Shown: piece by piece, positions 18,488-28,643 of the stretch | Numbering within the stretch: the first letter of the stretch is position 1 | How the letters are laid out: each line of letters opens with the position of its first letter | Origin: Candidatus Hodarchaeota archaeon | GTDB taxonomy: Archaea; Asgardarchaeota; Heimdallarchaeia; Hodarchaeales; Hodarchaeaceae | Direction of reading: 5' to 3' | Length of the DNA stretch: 28,643 nt | NCBI GenBank assembly: GCA_029856365.1 | Contig: JAHQWW010000038.1 | Span: 1 to 28,643 of the forward strand | The notes under the pieces: model-generated | What the model was told of the DNA's origin: nothing | The model's database searches: none | What the model saw: the letters and a program-made list of their open reading frames with translations, nothing else | Program-made: the position numbers and the translations under genes

Positions 18488-18615
18488 AGAAAAGAAGGAC
18501 ATTATCTAATAATCCTCTATATTTATCTGCTTATAATAAAAGAGTATTCCCAAGTACGTTGAGAGGGCCAAAACTCCTCTTGAAGTTACTATTTTTGGAT
18601 AATTTTGGACAATTA

Positions 18616-18990
18616 TTATCTTTCCCTTTGCTCTAATTTTATAAGTTTCCCTTTTAAAGTCTCATAGATGTAACCAATAACTTCCACTCCTGTTGGAGCA
18701 ATTAAAGGATGTTCTTGAATACTTCCAACAGTCCTCTGAACCTGTTCCTCAACATCATTGAAACCGAGAAATGCTTCTGAAGGATCAGATGAACCTAAAA
18801 AATGTAATACTTTTTTAGGTGAAATCCCTGTTTTTTTGGAAATTTTGGCTAACAATTGATTCATATGGTTCTCGGTCATATTCCCTCCGCAATCAGTATG
18901 TCCACACACCACGATTAGGCTTACATTTAGCTCATATATAGCAATTAATAATGATCGAAGACTTTCAAAGGTTAGTAACGCACCTGCGTT
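18616..18990 (-). pseudogene. 5'-truncated beta-class carbonic anhydrase
   Basis: The frame extends upstream of the called GTG as NAGALLTFESLRSLLIAIYELNVSLIVVCGHTDCG, then hits a stop. The N-terminal CxDxR zinc-ligand segment is absent and there is no room for it before the pheT stop at 19073. Confidence 0.8.
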
Positions 18991-19072
18991 TTTCTCCGAA
19001 AAACTGCCTTAAACCTATCATGAAATAAAAATTATTACATATTTAAGAAATAGAAATATGAAGTTTTTTCAT

Positions 19073-20797
19073 TCATTCTGGTTCGTATGTCTCTATTGGT
19101 GGTAAATTCAATGTTGAAATTAATGAAAGATCAATTTCAAATGCAGCAATAGGTACAAATATTTCCCAATTTTCAAGCAACGCTGGAGAGACTTCACCAA
19201 TTAGACCTATTTCTTCACTATCAACTAAAATTCTAGCTGATCTCCCTGAAATAAACTCAGATGATTCTATAGCCTCTAACCTATAAGTAGTTCCTAAACC
19301 TTGTATTAAAGTTTCCAGTATGCTGTGGCAGTGCTCAAAAGAAACATCAGCACTAGCTAAAGTAACTGCTACCTTAGAAATAGTTTTTACAGATCTATCC
19401 TCAATTCTTACAACTTCCCCTACTTCAAAAAGATATTGCGGATATTCATTGTGTGTATTCCGAGAGAGAAAATCAAGTAATCCAGGTAAAAGTCGATTTC
19501 TCATTATTGAATAAGTTAAACTCACTGGATTAGCGACTTGGATATAAGAGGTTAGTGTATTATGACTATGCCCCATTAATGTAGATAATTTTTCAGGATC
19601 AGTGAGACTAAAATTAAGAACTTCTTGCAATGAACAACCACTTAAGATTTCACGAACGTAATTCTCGCTTGTCGTTCGAGAAGATATTCCACCTATAGTC
19701 GGTACCTCTGAACTCGCAGGCTCAATATTCATGTAACCATACGCAATTGCTACTTCCTCAGCTACATCAACCCAATGGAGTAGATCGACTCGGTAGGGAG
19801 GGTACTTAACAATTAATGAACCACCTTTCTTAACAGCGTCAAATCTTCTCTTACGAAGAAATTTAATAATATCATCCGCCGTTAAATCAAGATCCAAATA
19901 ATTCTCAATATCCTCGGGGTTAACTACTATCTCATATGCTTCTGTTTCTGGAGTAACTAATAATTTAGGGGCTTCTCCATGGTTCTTGGGGTAATGGATT
20001 TCTACACTATATACCTCACCACCACGGTCTCTTATTGCTTGAGTAATTAATGTATTGACCACCTTAACAACTTCAAGGTTGGTTCCTGTAACTTCCACAA
20101 GAACATCGGTTGTTTTTTCGTTTATACGCCCAACATCATTACTATTAATGATCGGAGGCATTGAAAGAACAACACCATTGACATCCTGAAGAATAGGTAG
20201 ATCTCCTTCAGAAGGTAATATATTACCGTATTCTATTCCTTTTTCGTGTCTTACTAGGATTTCATCTAAAGTCATTTTTTCGTTGTACCCAAGAGGATAG
20301 AAAGAAGTTGATCGTGGGGTGAGACCATAAGAAATAGGGCTTTCCAGCATATTAGCATTATAAATTCCAATAGAAGAACGACGACGACGCCGTCCATATG
20401 AAAAATCAACTTTCTCCTGTAATTGAATCAATTGCTTGATAAGGAAATCAGAGAATTTCACTCCTTTAATAAGAGAACAAGCAATATACGGACGAACAGG
20501 TTTAATTCGAGGGTCGACTTCTATCACAAAGCCACTAGGGGGCGCAGAAATCTCAGGTAAACCTTCTTGCAGTCCTATTGCACCACTGATCTCTCTCACA
20601 AGACCTTCTACACCCCAGATGTCTGGCCGATTAGAGGTTTTACAGTCGACTTTGATATAACCCTCATCAGCTAAATCATGTTCTTCAATTTCAGATTTAC
20701 CAAAGCTAAAGAGATGATCCAATTCTTCTATGGAAGTACCATCTGGTAAATGAAGTAATTCAATGACATCATAATATGAAATTTTGAAAGCAACCAA
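19073..20797 (-). CDS. pheT: Phenylalanine--tRNA ligase beta subunit (archaeal/eukaryotic type)
   Basis: SNRPD, VRPYIA, LIQLQEK, LSMPPIINS and PPYRVDLLHWVDVAEEVAIAYGY. The likely start is TTG at 20797 behind GAGGTGG, which overlaps the pheS stop; the ORF track extends to 20836. Confidence 0.96.
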   Translation of the reverse strand: MVAFKISYYDVIELLHLPDGTSIEELDHLFSFGKSEIEEHDLADEGYIKVDCKTSNRPDIWGVEGLVREISGAIGLQEGLPEISAPPSGFVIEVDPRIKPVRPYIACSLIKGVKFSDFLIKQLIQLQEKVDFSYGRRRRRSSIGIYNANMLESPISYGLTPRSTSFYPLGYNEKMTLDEILVRHEKGIEYGNILPSEGDLPILQDVNGVVLSMPPIINSNDVGRINEKTTDVLVEVTGTNLEVVKVVNTLITQAIRDRGGEVYSVEIHYPKNHGEAPKLLVTPETEAYEIVVNPEDIENYLDLDLTADDIIKFLRKRRFDAVKKGGSLIVKYPPYRVDLLHWVDVAEEVAIAYGYMNIEPASSEVPTIGGISSRTTSENYVREILSGCSLQEVLNFSLTDPEKLSTLMGHSHNTLTSYIQVANPVSLTYSIMRNRLLPGLLDFLSRNTHNEYPQYLFEVGEVVRIEDRSVKTISKVAVTLASADVSFEHCHSILETLIQGLGTTYRLEAIESSEFISGRSARILVDSEEIGLIGEVSPALLENWEIFVPIAAFEIDLSLISTLNLPPIETYEPE

Positions 20798-20808
20798 CTT
20801 TTCCACCT

Positions 20809-22365
20809 CTAAGTTAAAGGCACCGTACGTAACCATTTCAAGTTGTGTGTGAAAAGCTCTCTGATATCGTTAATTCCTCTTTTTACCATGTAAAGACGAT
20901 CCACTCCAAGACCCCAAGCAATTACTGGGTCAGAAATACCAAACGGAGCAGTTACCTCTGGACGGAAGATACCAGAACCACCAAATTCAATATACCCAAG
21001 CTTAGGATGATAAGCACTAAGCTCAGCAGAAGGACTAGTAAAGGGATAATAATCAGGCTTAAATCGAACTTTACTAGCTCCAGCAATCTCGATAGCAAAA
21101 GTTTTAAGAAGGCCTAGTAAGGTACGGAAGGTTATAGAAGGATCACAGGAGATCCCTTCGAGCTGATTGAACTCGGACAGGTGAACAGCATCAACTGAGT
21201 CAGGTCTATAGCATCGTGCGATACAAAAGTATTTTGCGGGAATTTTAAGTTTGTAGAGTGTCCGAGCACTCACAGCTGTCCCCTGAGGTCTTAGTATCAA
21301 CCGAGCAGCTTTTTGTGGATCCCATCTATATCGCCAACCTCGCGAACCAACAGGTTCGCCAGTTTCGTGAACGTGCTGAACATTTTTTACCAGCTCCTGA
21401 TCCTTGGGGAGGATTCCATGAGTCGGATGTTTTATTGTATAAACATCTGACCATTCACGTGCAGAATGATCTTGTGCTTGGAACAAGGCATCAAAGTTCC
21501 AGAATTCACTTTCGACAAGTGGCCCCCTCATCTCAATAAATCCTAGACCTACAAGTTTTTGTTTTACTTCATCTAAGAACATAAGATACGGATGTTTTTT
21601 TCCTATTGGGAGTTTTTTAGGACGAGTAGTGATATTATAGCTTTTTAACTGTAAGGATCGCCATTGTCCAGACCGTATTTGATCTGGAGTCAAGCGTGAT
21701 ACAGTTTCAATAATCTTAATATTTGATAATGCTTTGGATCCTGAATTGGTTATCTCAACAGTTGCGTGCTGTCGTTCTTTTAATTCAACAAATCCTCTAT
21801 TAGAAAGTATCGGTATTATTTCCTTTGAAACAGGTAATAGGGGATCTTCAGATAAAGATTTCAAAGTATCTTCTAGTTCTTGATTCAATCTTGTTTCTGT
21901 TTCAACAGGAATAAGAAGTCCTTTGTTAATATTAACAAATCCAGCATTCCTTAATTTTCCTATTCCTGCATTTACTTCCTGTTTAGTTAGACCCACAATA
22001 GAAGAGAGCTGGGTTATTGGTATTCCATCAGGTTTATTCTTTACTACTTCCATTATCTGATTTTCAGGCAATCCTGTATTGATAATTTTTTTACCTTCTC
22101 TTGTTAGTACAACACGAGTAAATGTTTTCACATCTCTGATTGCTAATTTTTCCTTGCTTAATCGTGTAGTAATTTGTTCTACTTTAGCATGGGACGTCCC
22201 GATAGTTTCAGCCAATTCATCTATTGTCATCGAGCCACCTTTGCTTAACTGACGCAAAATTTTCGCCATCTCTGGTGAAACTAAGATAGAATCGCTATTC
22301 AACTTACTTGAAACTCCTTTACCTGAAAGATAGTGATACTGCTTATTTTCTGTAAGATTCGACAT
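20809..22365 (-). CDS. pheS: Phenylalanine--tRNA ligase alpha subunit (long archaeal/eukaryotic type with N-terminal winged helices)
   Basis: GKKHPY, FWNFDALFQAQDHSARE, HLSEFNQLEG, YYPFTSPS, GSGIFRPE and AWGLGVDRL. Confidence 0.97.
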   Translation of the reverse strand: MSNLTENKQYHYLSGKGVSSKLNSDSILVSPEMAKILRQLSKGGSMTIDELAETIGTSHAKVEQITTRLSKEKLAIRDVKTFTRVVLTREGKKIINTGLPENQIMEVVKNKPDGIPITQLSSIVGLTKQEVNAGIGKLRNAGFVNINKGLLIPVETETRLNQELEDTLKSLSEDPLLPVSKEIIPILSNRGFVELKERQHATVEITNSGSKALSNIKIIETVSRLTPDQIRSGQWRSLQLKSYNITTRPKKLPIGKKHPYLMFLDEVKQKLVGLGFIEMRGPLVESEFWNFDALFQAQDHSAREWSDVYTIKHPTHGILPKDQELVKNVQHVHETGEPVGSRGWRYRWDPQKAARLILRPQGTAVSARTLYKLKIPAKYFCIARCYRPDSVDAVHLSEFNQLEGISCDPSITFRTLLGLLKTFAIEIAGASKVRFKPDYYPFTSPSAELSAYHPKLGYIEFGGSGIFRPEVTAPFGISDPVIAWGLGVDRLYMVKRGINDIRELFTHNLKWLRTVPLT

Positions 22366-22649
22366 CGATGTAAAAGTAATTGTAAAAATAATAGATTTGA
22401 TAGATCTAATGATGTCTTGTTAAATATAAAAAAAGAGCCATTTTCATCTAAAGTTGTGTAAATTCCAAGGCATCTACCTCAACCAAAGCCACAAAAATAG
22501 TAAATTTAAATGTTTCTATCATTCTCCATTTTTCTCTTTGTATATCCAGGTTTTTTATTTCTACAATAGTTCTCTTTAGTTACTACCTTAATCTTTTTTC
22601 TAGATATTGAATCTACCACCTTAATCGGTAATATCACATATAATATCTG

Positions 22650-25649
22650 TTATCTTTCAAAGTCGGATTCAGGTTTAACTATTTTACCTTCTCTCTTCCG
22701 TCCGTCTATCAGAACCAGAAAAGGACGTTTTTTCCGAATATGACGAATGTAATCAGCTTCTGTTACCATATTTTTCTGATTTTTCAGCCAGTCCCAATCA
22801 ATGAAGTCCTTTTTTGACTTAGTTTTTATAAAAAAGTAGCCAATATTGGCTGTGGTGATATTTTGAAAGAAATGACTTCCTTGGGAGTGTTCTACTTGAA
22901 AATCTTCCAAATCAGTTTCAATGATCACTTGAGCGTTCGATATATGGTTCCATTTCACAGGAATTCCTAAAAAGCGATCGAAGGTCCCCCAACGACCAAA
23001 TCCTAGAAGGATATATGGGGTTCCTTGGATTCGCAAGCTCTGATTTATTCGATCGATTTCGTTAACCATTTCTTGAGTTTTCATTTTATCAAAAGATTCG
23101 GGTTTCACATAGACAATATCATGAATGTTCTTTATGACTCTGTTGCCAGAGATTTGCGATGAATATGCCAACATCTCGCTTTTGGGAACTGAAATGACTT
23201 CTTCACTTAGTATTTCGTTTTGTTCGACGAATGGTCGTATTTGTAACAGGTAAAATGTAGTTCTTTTCTTTGGGGTGGGTTGAAAATTCCCTGCAAATTC
23301 AATTTCCACGCTACAACCCATCGCTTTCTCCCCAAGTTCTAGAATCTTTGATATTGTTTTAGCAAAAGGGAATGTGTCATATTTCAATTGTTTACTGAAG
23401 GTTACAATAGGAGCACCTTCTCCCATATACCCACTCCTAAGTACACGATCGTTGTAATCATAAGTATCTGCAACTTCAGATAATATCATTTTATCAGCAT
23501 TGAAAACGCTAGTTTTTACCAGAAAAGAATTTTCACCTTCGGTAATATCAGTTGCTGTTGATGCCAGATCAATAGCAAAGAAATCTTTTTGACTATTCTG
23601 CAATAATTGGTCATGAGTAGAAAAAAAACTGATTTCTGGATATTTTGGACAAAATCGAAGAGCAATACCACCATCTACAATGGTTTTTCCTAAACCAATG
23701 GCCAGAAAAGCTATCCTATCAGAAGGTTGCATATAAGATATTGGGTAATAATTATATGAGGATGCTACTCCTGAGAAAGAAGGATAGGATAATTCTCCAA
23801 GGTGTTTTCTCCCGACCACTTGCTGAATGACAACTGCCATCCTTGATTCTTCAACAGACTGATCAGTAGATTCAGCATAACTTTTTGCTCTCTTTAAATA
23901 AGATGAAGCATACACTAGCTTTATTGCATTACATAAAAGCTTTACTCGAGTATTCATATCTTGGTTATTAGGTAAAAAATATGTATCGAAGATTCCTGCA
24001 AATGGCTGATATTGAGAGTCTTCTAATAAACTTGAAGATCGTACAGACAACGGGCCGGTAAGTGTCTGTAAAATATATCTTAGATCGTCGTTGAGACTTG
24101 TAGAGATCTTTGCTTTTAAAAAATTCTTTTTAATATCTTTATCAGGAGTATTAGAAAGAGCAATGTCATAAAGCTCATCATTCTCTTGCATGAAAAGATC
24201 AAATTCACTTGTTCCTATTACAAACGTCTTAGGTATACGAATATCGACGTCAAGTGAAAGATCATCTGAAAGTAGGAATGTATTAAGGAGGAATTGTAAA
24301 AATGCAATCCCTCGACCCTTTCCTCCCAATGAACCTGGTCTTAGTCGAGTAAATCGTATTGCAGGATGGTGACTCTCCCTATCCCAATCATGTACGACAC
24401 CACCAGATTTTTCAACAAGGATAGCGTTTATTGATTCGAGAAGGAATTGTCGTAAACCCTCCTCTGTCATATCGGTAACTTTCACAGGTTTAATCTTCTG
24501 GGCAATAGCAAACTCTGCACGATTCATTAACCAGCCAGAAAAATGATCATGTGATCCATGATATATTAAAGATTCATTAGGTACCACAGAAATAGCTTGA
24601 TACAACTCCATAATGTTTCTAGCTCGGCCAACAACCGAACCGTCAGCTAGGCGGAAAACAAAGTCACCAAAACCGAGAAATCTCAACATGAATTCCTTTA
24701 AACTTTGAAGGAGACGCCGTGATTTTTTATGAATGAAATATGCTCCTAGATCCTTAGCTCGTTTTTTGTTTTTTAGTTCACTTGATTGTAACGCAGTAGG
24801 AAGAGTGGGATTGTTAGTTTTAACTTCCTTAATGAAAGTTAAACCTGCATCTTTGTCTATCTTCCCCCCTCTGGGAAATCTAACATCAGAGATTACACCT
24901 ATGACATATTTCTCATATTTTTGATAATAATTCATGGCTTCTTCATAAGTACATGCTAATAGGATCTTTGGCCTCGCCCTCATTTGTAATAAGTTGTAAA
25001 AATCATTAATTCCAGCTGAAATTAATCGATGGGTCTGTTTCATGAGTTCACTATAAATCAAAGGCAAGAAGAGGGAATAATAACGAATTGAATCCTCAAC
25101 GACGATTATCACACGAACAAGGCCTTCCTCAGTATCATGTTCAACATTAAGGCTATCTTCTAAGTGTTTTATTATCGCTACAAATACCGTGGAATCTCCA
25201 TTCCATAAAAAAATCCTATCAATTCCCATTCTTTTTGTTGGAGCTGGTAGGTACGGTATGATGCTAACATTATTTAACAGTAGAATGACTGGGATGTCTC
25301 GGATTTTTTTAATATCCTGTCCAAAAGCAAAAGCATCAACATCTCCTAATCGTCTCATGGTGATAACTAGGTCAAATTCTTTTTCGTTCACCAGTTTTAA
25401 CGCTTCTTTAACAGAAGCAACCCGCGTGATACTTGGTAATGTTCGAAGATTCAAATTATGAAATTCTTCAAAAATTTGATCGGATAGCCTACCATCTTCC
25501 TCCAAAATGAAGTTGTCGTAGTATGAACTTACTAGAAGCACTTTATTTATCCGTTTTGTCATTAAATCATGAAAGACACGATATTTTGGCTTATAATCCA
25601 GTCCTAAATCACTTTCTTCGATAATACGAGGGGGGGTAGAATTTGTCAT
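22650..25649 (-). CDS. Receiver-domain / PPDK_N (PEP synthase ATP-grasp-like) fusion protein of unknown function
   Basis: Two N-terminal receiver-like folds (the second: VVEDS...ISDVRFP...LQSS...FIHK), followed by PPDK_N motifs GSLGGKG, SVRSSSLLEDS..FAG, VVIQ, VEIEFA and LLQIRP. No PEP-binding barrel. Confidence 0.88.
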   Translation of the reverse strand: MTNSTPPRIIEESDLGLDYKPKYRVFHDLMTKRINKVLLVSSYYDNFILEEDGRLSDQIFEEFHNLNLRTLPSITRVASVKEALKLVNEKEFDLVITMRRLGDVDAFAFGQDIKKIRDIPVILLLNNVSIIPYLPAPTKRMGIDRIFLWNGDSTVFVAIIKHLEDSLNVEHDTEEGLVRVIIVVEDSIRYYSLFLPLIYSELMKQTHRLISAGINDFYNLLQMRARPKILLACTYEEAMNYYQKYEKYVIGVISDVRFPRGGKIDKDAGLTFIKEVKTNNPTLPTALQSSELKNKKRAKDLGAYFIHKKSRRLLQSLKEFMLRFLGFGDFVFRLADGSVVGRARNIMELYQAISVVPNESLIYHGSHDHFSGWLMNRAEFAIAQKIKPVKVTDMTEEGLRQFLLESINAILVEKSGGVVHDWDRESHHPAIRFTRLRPGSLGGKGRGIAFLQFLLNTFLLSDDLSLDVDIRIPKTFVIGTSEFDLFMQENDELYDIALSNTPDKDIKKNFLKAKISTSLNDDLRYILQTLTGPLSVRSSSLLEDSQYQPFAGIFDTYFLPNNQDMNTRVKLLCNAIKLVYASSYLKRAKSYAESTDQSVEESRMAVVIQQVVGRKHLGELSYPSFSGVASSYNYYPISYMQPSDRIAFLAIGLGKTIVDGGIALRFCPKYPEISFFSTHDQLLQNSQKDFFAIDLASTATDITEGENSFLVKTSVFNADKMILSEVADTYDYNDRVLRSGYMGEGAPIVTFSKQLKYDTFPFAKTISKILELGEKAMGCSVEIEFAGNFQPTPKKRTTFYLLQIRPFVEQNEILSEEVISVPKSEMLAYSSQISGNRVIKNIHDIVYVKPESFDKMKTQEMVNEIDRINQSLRIQGTPYILLGFGRWGTFDRFLGIPVKWNHISNAQVIIETDLEDFQVEHSQGSHFFQNITTANIGYFFIKTKSKKDFIDWDWLKNQKNMVTEADYIRHIRKKRPFLVLIDGRKREGKIVKPESDFER

Positions 25650-26022
25650 TCTTTCTCATTTTTTTTATACAAATAATACTTTGAAAAAGTTTCCTTGAAT
25701 AGCAAATTTTTTTATATTACTCTAACCTTTGGTCGAAAATCTGATAAAATCATCTTTTTTCTTCAGATCAATTCGAACTCGAGGCATTTTACCTCAGAAC
25801 AGAGAAATTTTTAATTAAATTCAGTACTGTTTTTCAGATATTTTATTAAATGTGTTGTAATCTCCTTTCCATATCTTAAATTTAATTTCTCTACAATAGA
25901 GTAACTTTATGTCACAAGAAAGAGTAAAATAGTTCCTTCCAATGGTATTAAAAAAAGACTCATAAGTGCATAATTCCTAACAGACAGGGTACAAAAACGT
26001 CTGTTCTAGGCTTATTATTTAA

Positions 26023-27414
<1,392 letters not shown>

Positions 27415-27484
27415 TGTTATTTGAGGTTATTACAAAGAGAAAGGATACAGATGACTCTGTGTCTTCTTTTTTCTCCTTTTCTCG

Positions 27485-28642
27485 CTATTCAATTAATATT
27501 TTGGGAAGACGGAGCTCAAAGACGTTTCCTTTTGGATCAGATGGACGAATTTTCAGTAATCCCCCGTAATATTGCATGATGACAGAGGCTAGTGCAATCC
27601 CAATATTGTGTCCAATTATTTCCCATTCATCTGTGATTGTTCCTGAGAGTTTTGAAATTATTTCTTGCGGTAATGGTTGAGAACAACAGTCACTAATGTA
27701 AACACAGAAAAATGAAGGGAAATAAGACCCTGTAATATTGATATTTGTTTCAACACTAATGGTTCCATCGTAAGAAGTCAAGATAAACGTTAATAATTCA
27801 TTAATAACATCTTTGAAACGTGTATCGATAAATGCCCTTGCATCAAGATTCTTCTTGTTAATATTGACAAGCTGAGAAGCCTTTGGTATTTCTATCACAA
27901 TATCATTAATCTCAGTGAGAAGTTTAATGCTATCTTTTGGTTGAATAAAAGGGGATTGGAGAACTTCAAAGATTTTATTTACCGTGTCAATGGTTTTAGA
28001 CGAGCTAGAAGCGATTGTTATGATTTGGTTTATAATATTGTTATCTAGTTCTAGCTTGGATTCGTACATTAATGATAGTAATTCTATGTTATTGATTATC
28101 TTTTGCATATCATTATTGATGAAATGAGACATCATAGCATGATAACGTTCCTCTTCCAGCTTTACTTGTCGTAGTGCCTCTTCAGCTTGTTTACGTTCAG
28201 TGATATTACGTGCAATACCCAGCATACCTGCAAGTTTCCCATCCTTAACCTGAGCTGAAGCTTTTATTTCAACTGTTACGTAATCTTCAGACTTGGTTAA
28301 AAGTCGCATCTCAGCTGGAGACAACCGTTCACCTTCCAAGACACGTTTAAATCCATCTATTATAATGGGAAGATCTTCTTCGTGTACTAAAGGTGAAAAT
28401 GGCTTTCCGACCCACTCGTCTTGAGTAAAACCCGTAATGGATTTTACTATGGGATTAATAGAAGTTAAAATACCATCAGGAGATATAGTAAAAATTATAT
28501 CACGCGCACTCTCTATATAACTCCTGTACCGCTCTTCTGACTCGCGTAATTTTTGTTCCACCTCCTTCCGTTTAGTGATATCTGCAAAGACGGATAGAAC
28601 TCCTTCAAATTCATTTTTAGGAGAAAAAATTGGTGTTGCTGT
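27485..28642 (-). CDS. Multi-PAS sensor with degenerate histidine kinase-like C-terminus (partial, runs off the right edge)
   Basis: The frame is open to the window end (TATPIFSPKNEFEGVLSVFADITKRKEVEQKLRESEERYR). PAS/PAC domain ends in RNITERKQAEE; H-box-like SHFINNDMQ; C-terminal GNVFELRLP. Confidence 0.9.
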   Translation of the reverse strand, partial: TATPIFSPKNEFEGVLSVFADITKRKEVEQKLRESEERYRSYIESARDIIFTISPDGILTSINPIVKSITGFTQDEWVGKPFSPLVHEEDLPIIIDGFKRVLEGERLSPAEMRLLTKSEDYVTVEIKASAQVKDGKLAGMLGIARNITERKQAEEALRQVKLEEERYHAMMSHFINNDMQKIINNIELLSLMYESKLELDNNIINQIITIASSSSKTIDTVNKIFEVLQSPFIQPKDSIKLLTEINDIVIEIPKASQLVNINKKNLDARAFIDTRFKDVINELLTFILTSYDGTISVETNINITGSYFPSFFCVYISDCCSQPLPQEIISKLSGTITDEWEIIGHNIGIALASVIMQYYGGLLKIRPSDPKGNVFELRLPKILIE

Positions 28643-28643
28643 T

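Noticed and set aside
20797-20836. 28-bp pheS/pheT overlap in the ORF track
   Set aside because: Probably an over-extended start; TTG at 20797 with a GAGGTGG SD removes the overlap.
22650-25649. Annotation as ordinary PEP synthase (ppsA)
   Set aside because: No canonical TSHAA swivel motif or PEP-binding barrel, and it carries N-terminal receiver domains.

Overview
A 28.6 kb AT-rich chromosomal segment from an archaeon, almost certainly Asgard. The main evidence is a eukaryote-like actin (lokiactin type), a probable longin/uDENN-fold protein and an archaeal/eukaryote-type pheS-pheT pair; a finer placement such as Heimdallarchaeia is only a guess. In order, the window holds an alkyl-sulfatase-like MBL hydrolase, a prolyl oligopeptidase, actin with structured flanks, a decayed ICMT/PEMT-family methyltransferase and the longin/uDENN-like protein. 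Next come an ArsR regulator divergent from a two-gene thiol-redox operon, an orphan DUF1156 adenine methyltransferase, pmbA-tldD, three unannotated small ORFs, a TlyA-like RNA methyltransferase and a truncated beta-carbonic anhydrase. The window ends with pheT-pheS, a 999-aa receiver/PPDK_N fusion divergent from gdhA, and a partial PAS protein with a degenerate histidine kinase core. No rRNA, tRNA, CRISPR array or transposase was seen. The best candidates for undescribed biology are the REC-PPDK_N/gdhA module, the non-coding architecture and neighbours of the actin gene, and the small basic peptide cluster between tldD and the tlyA-like gene.
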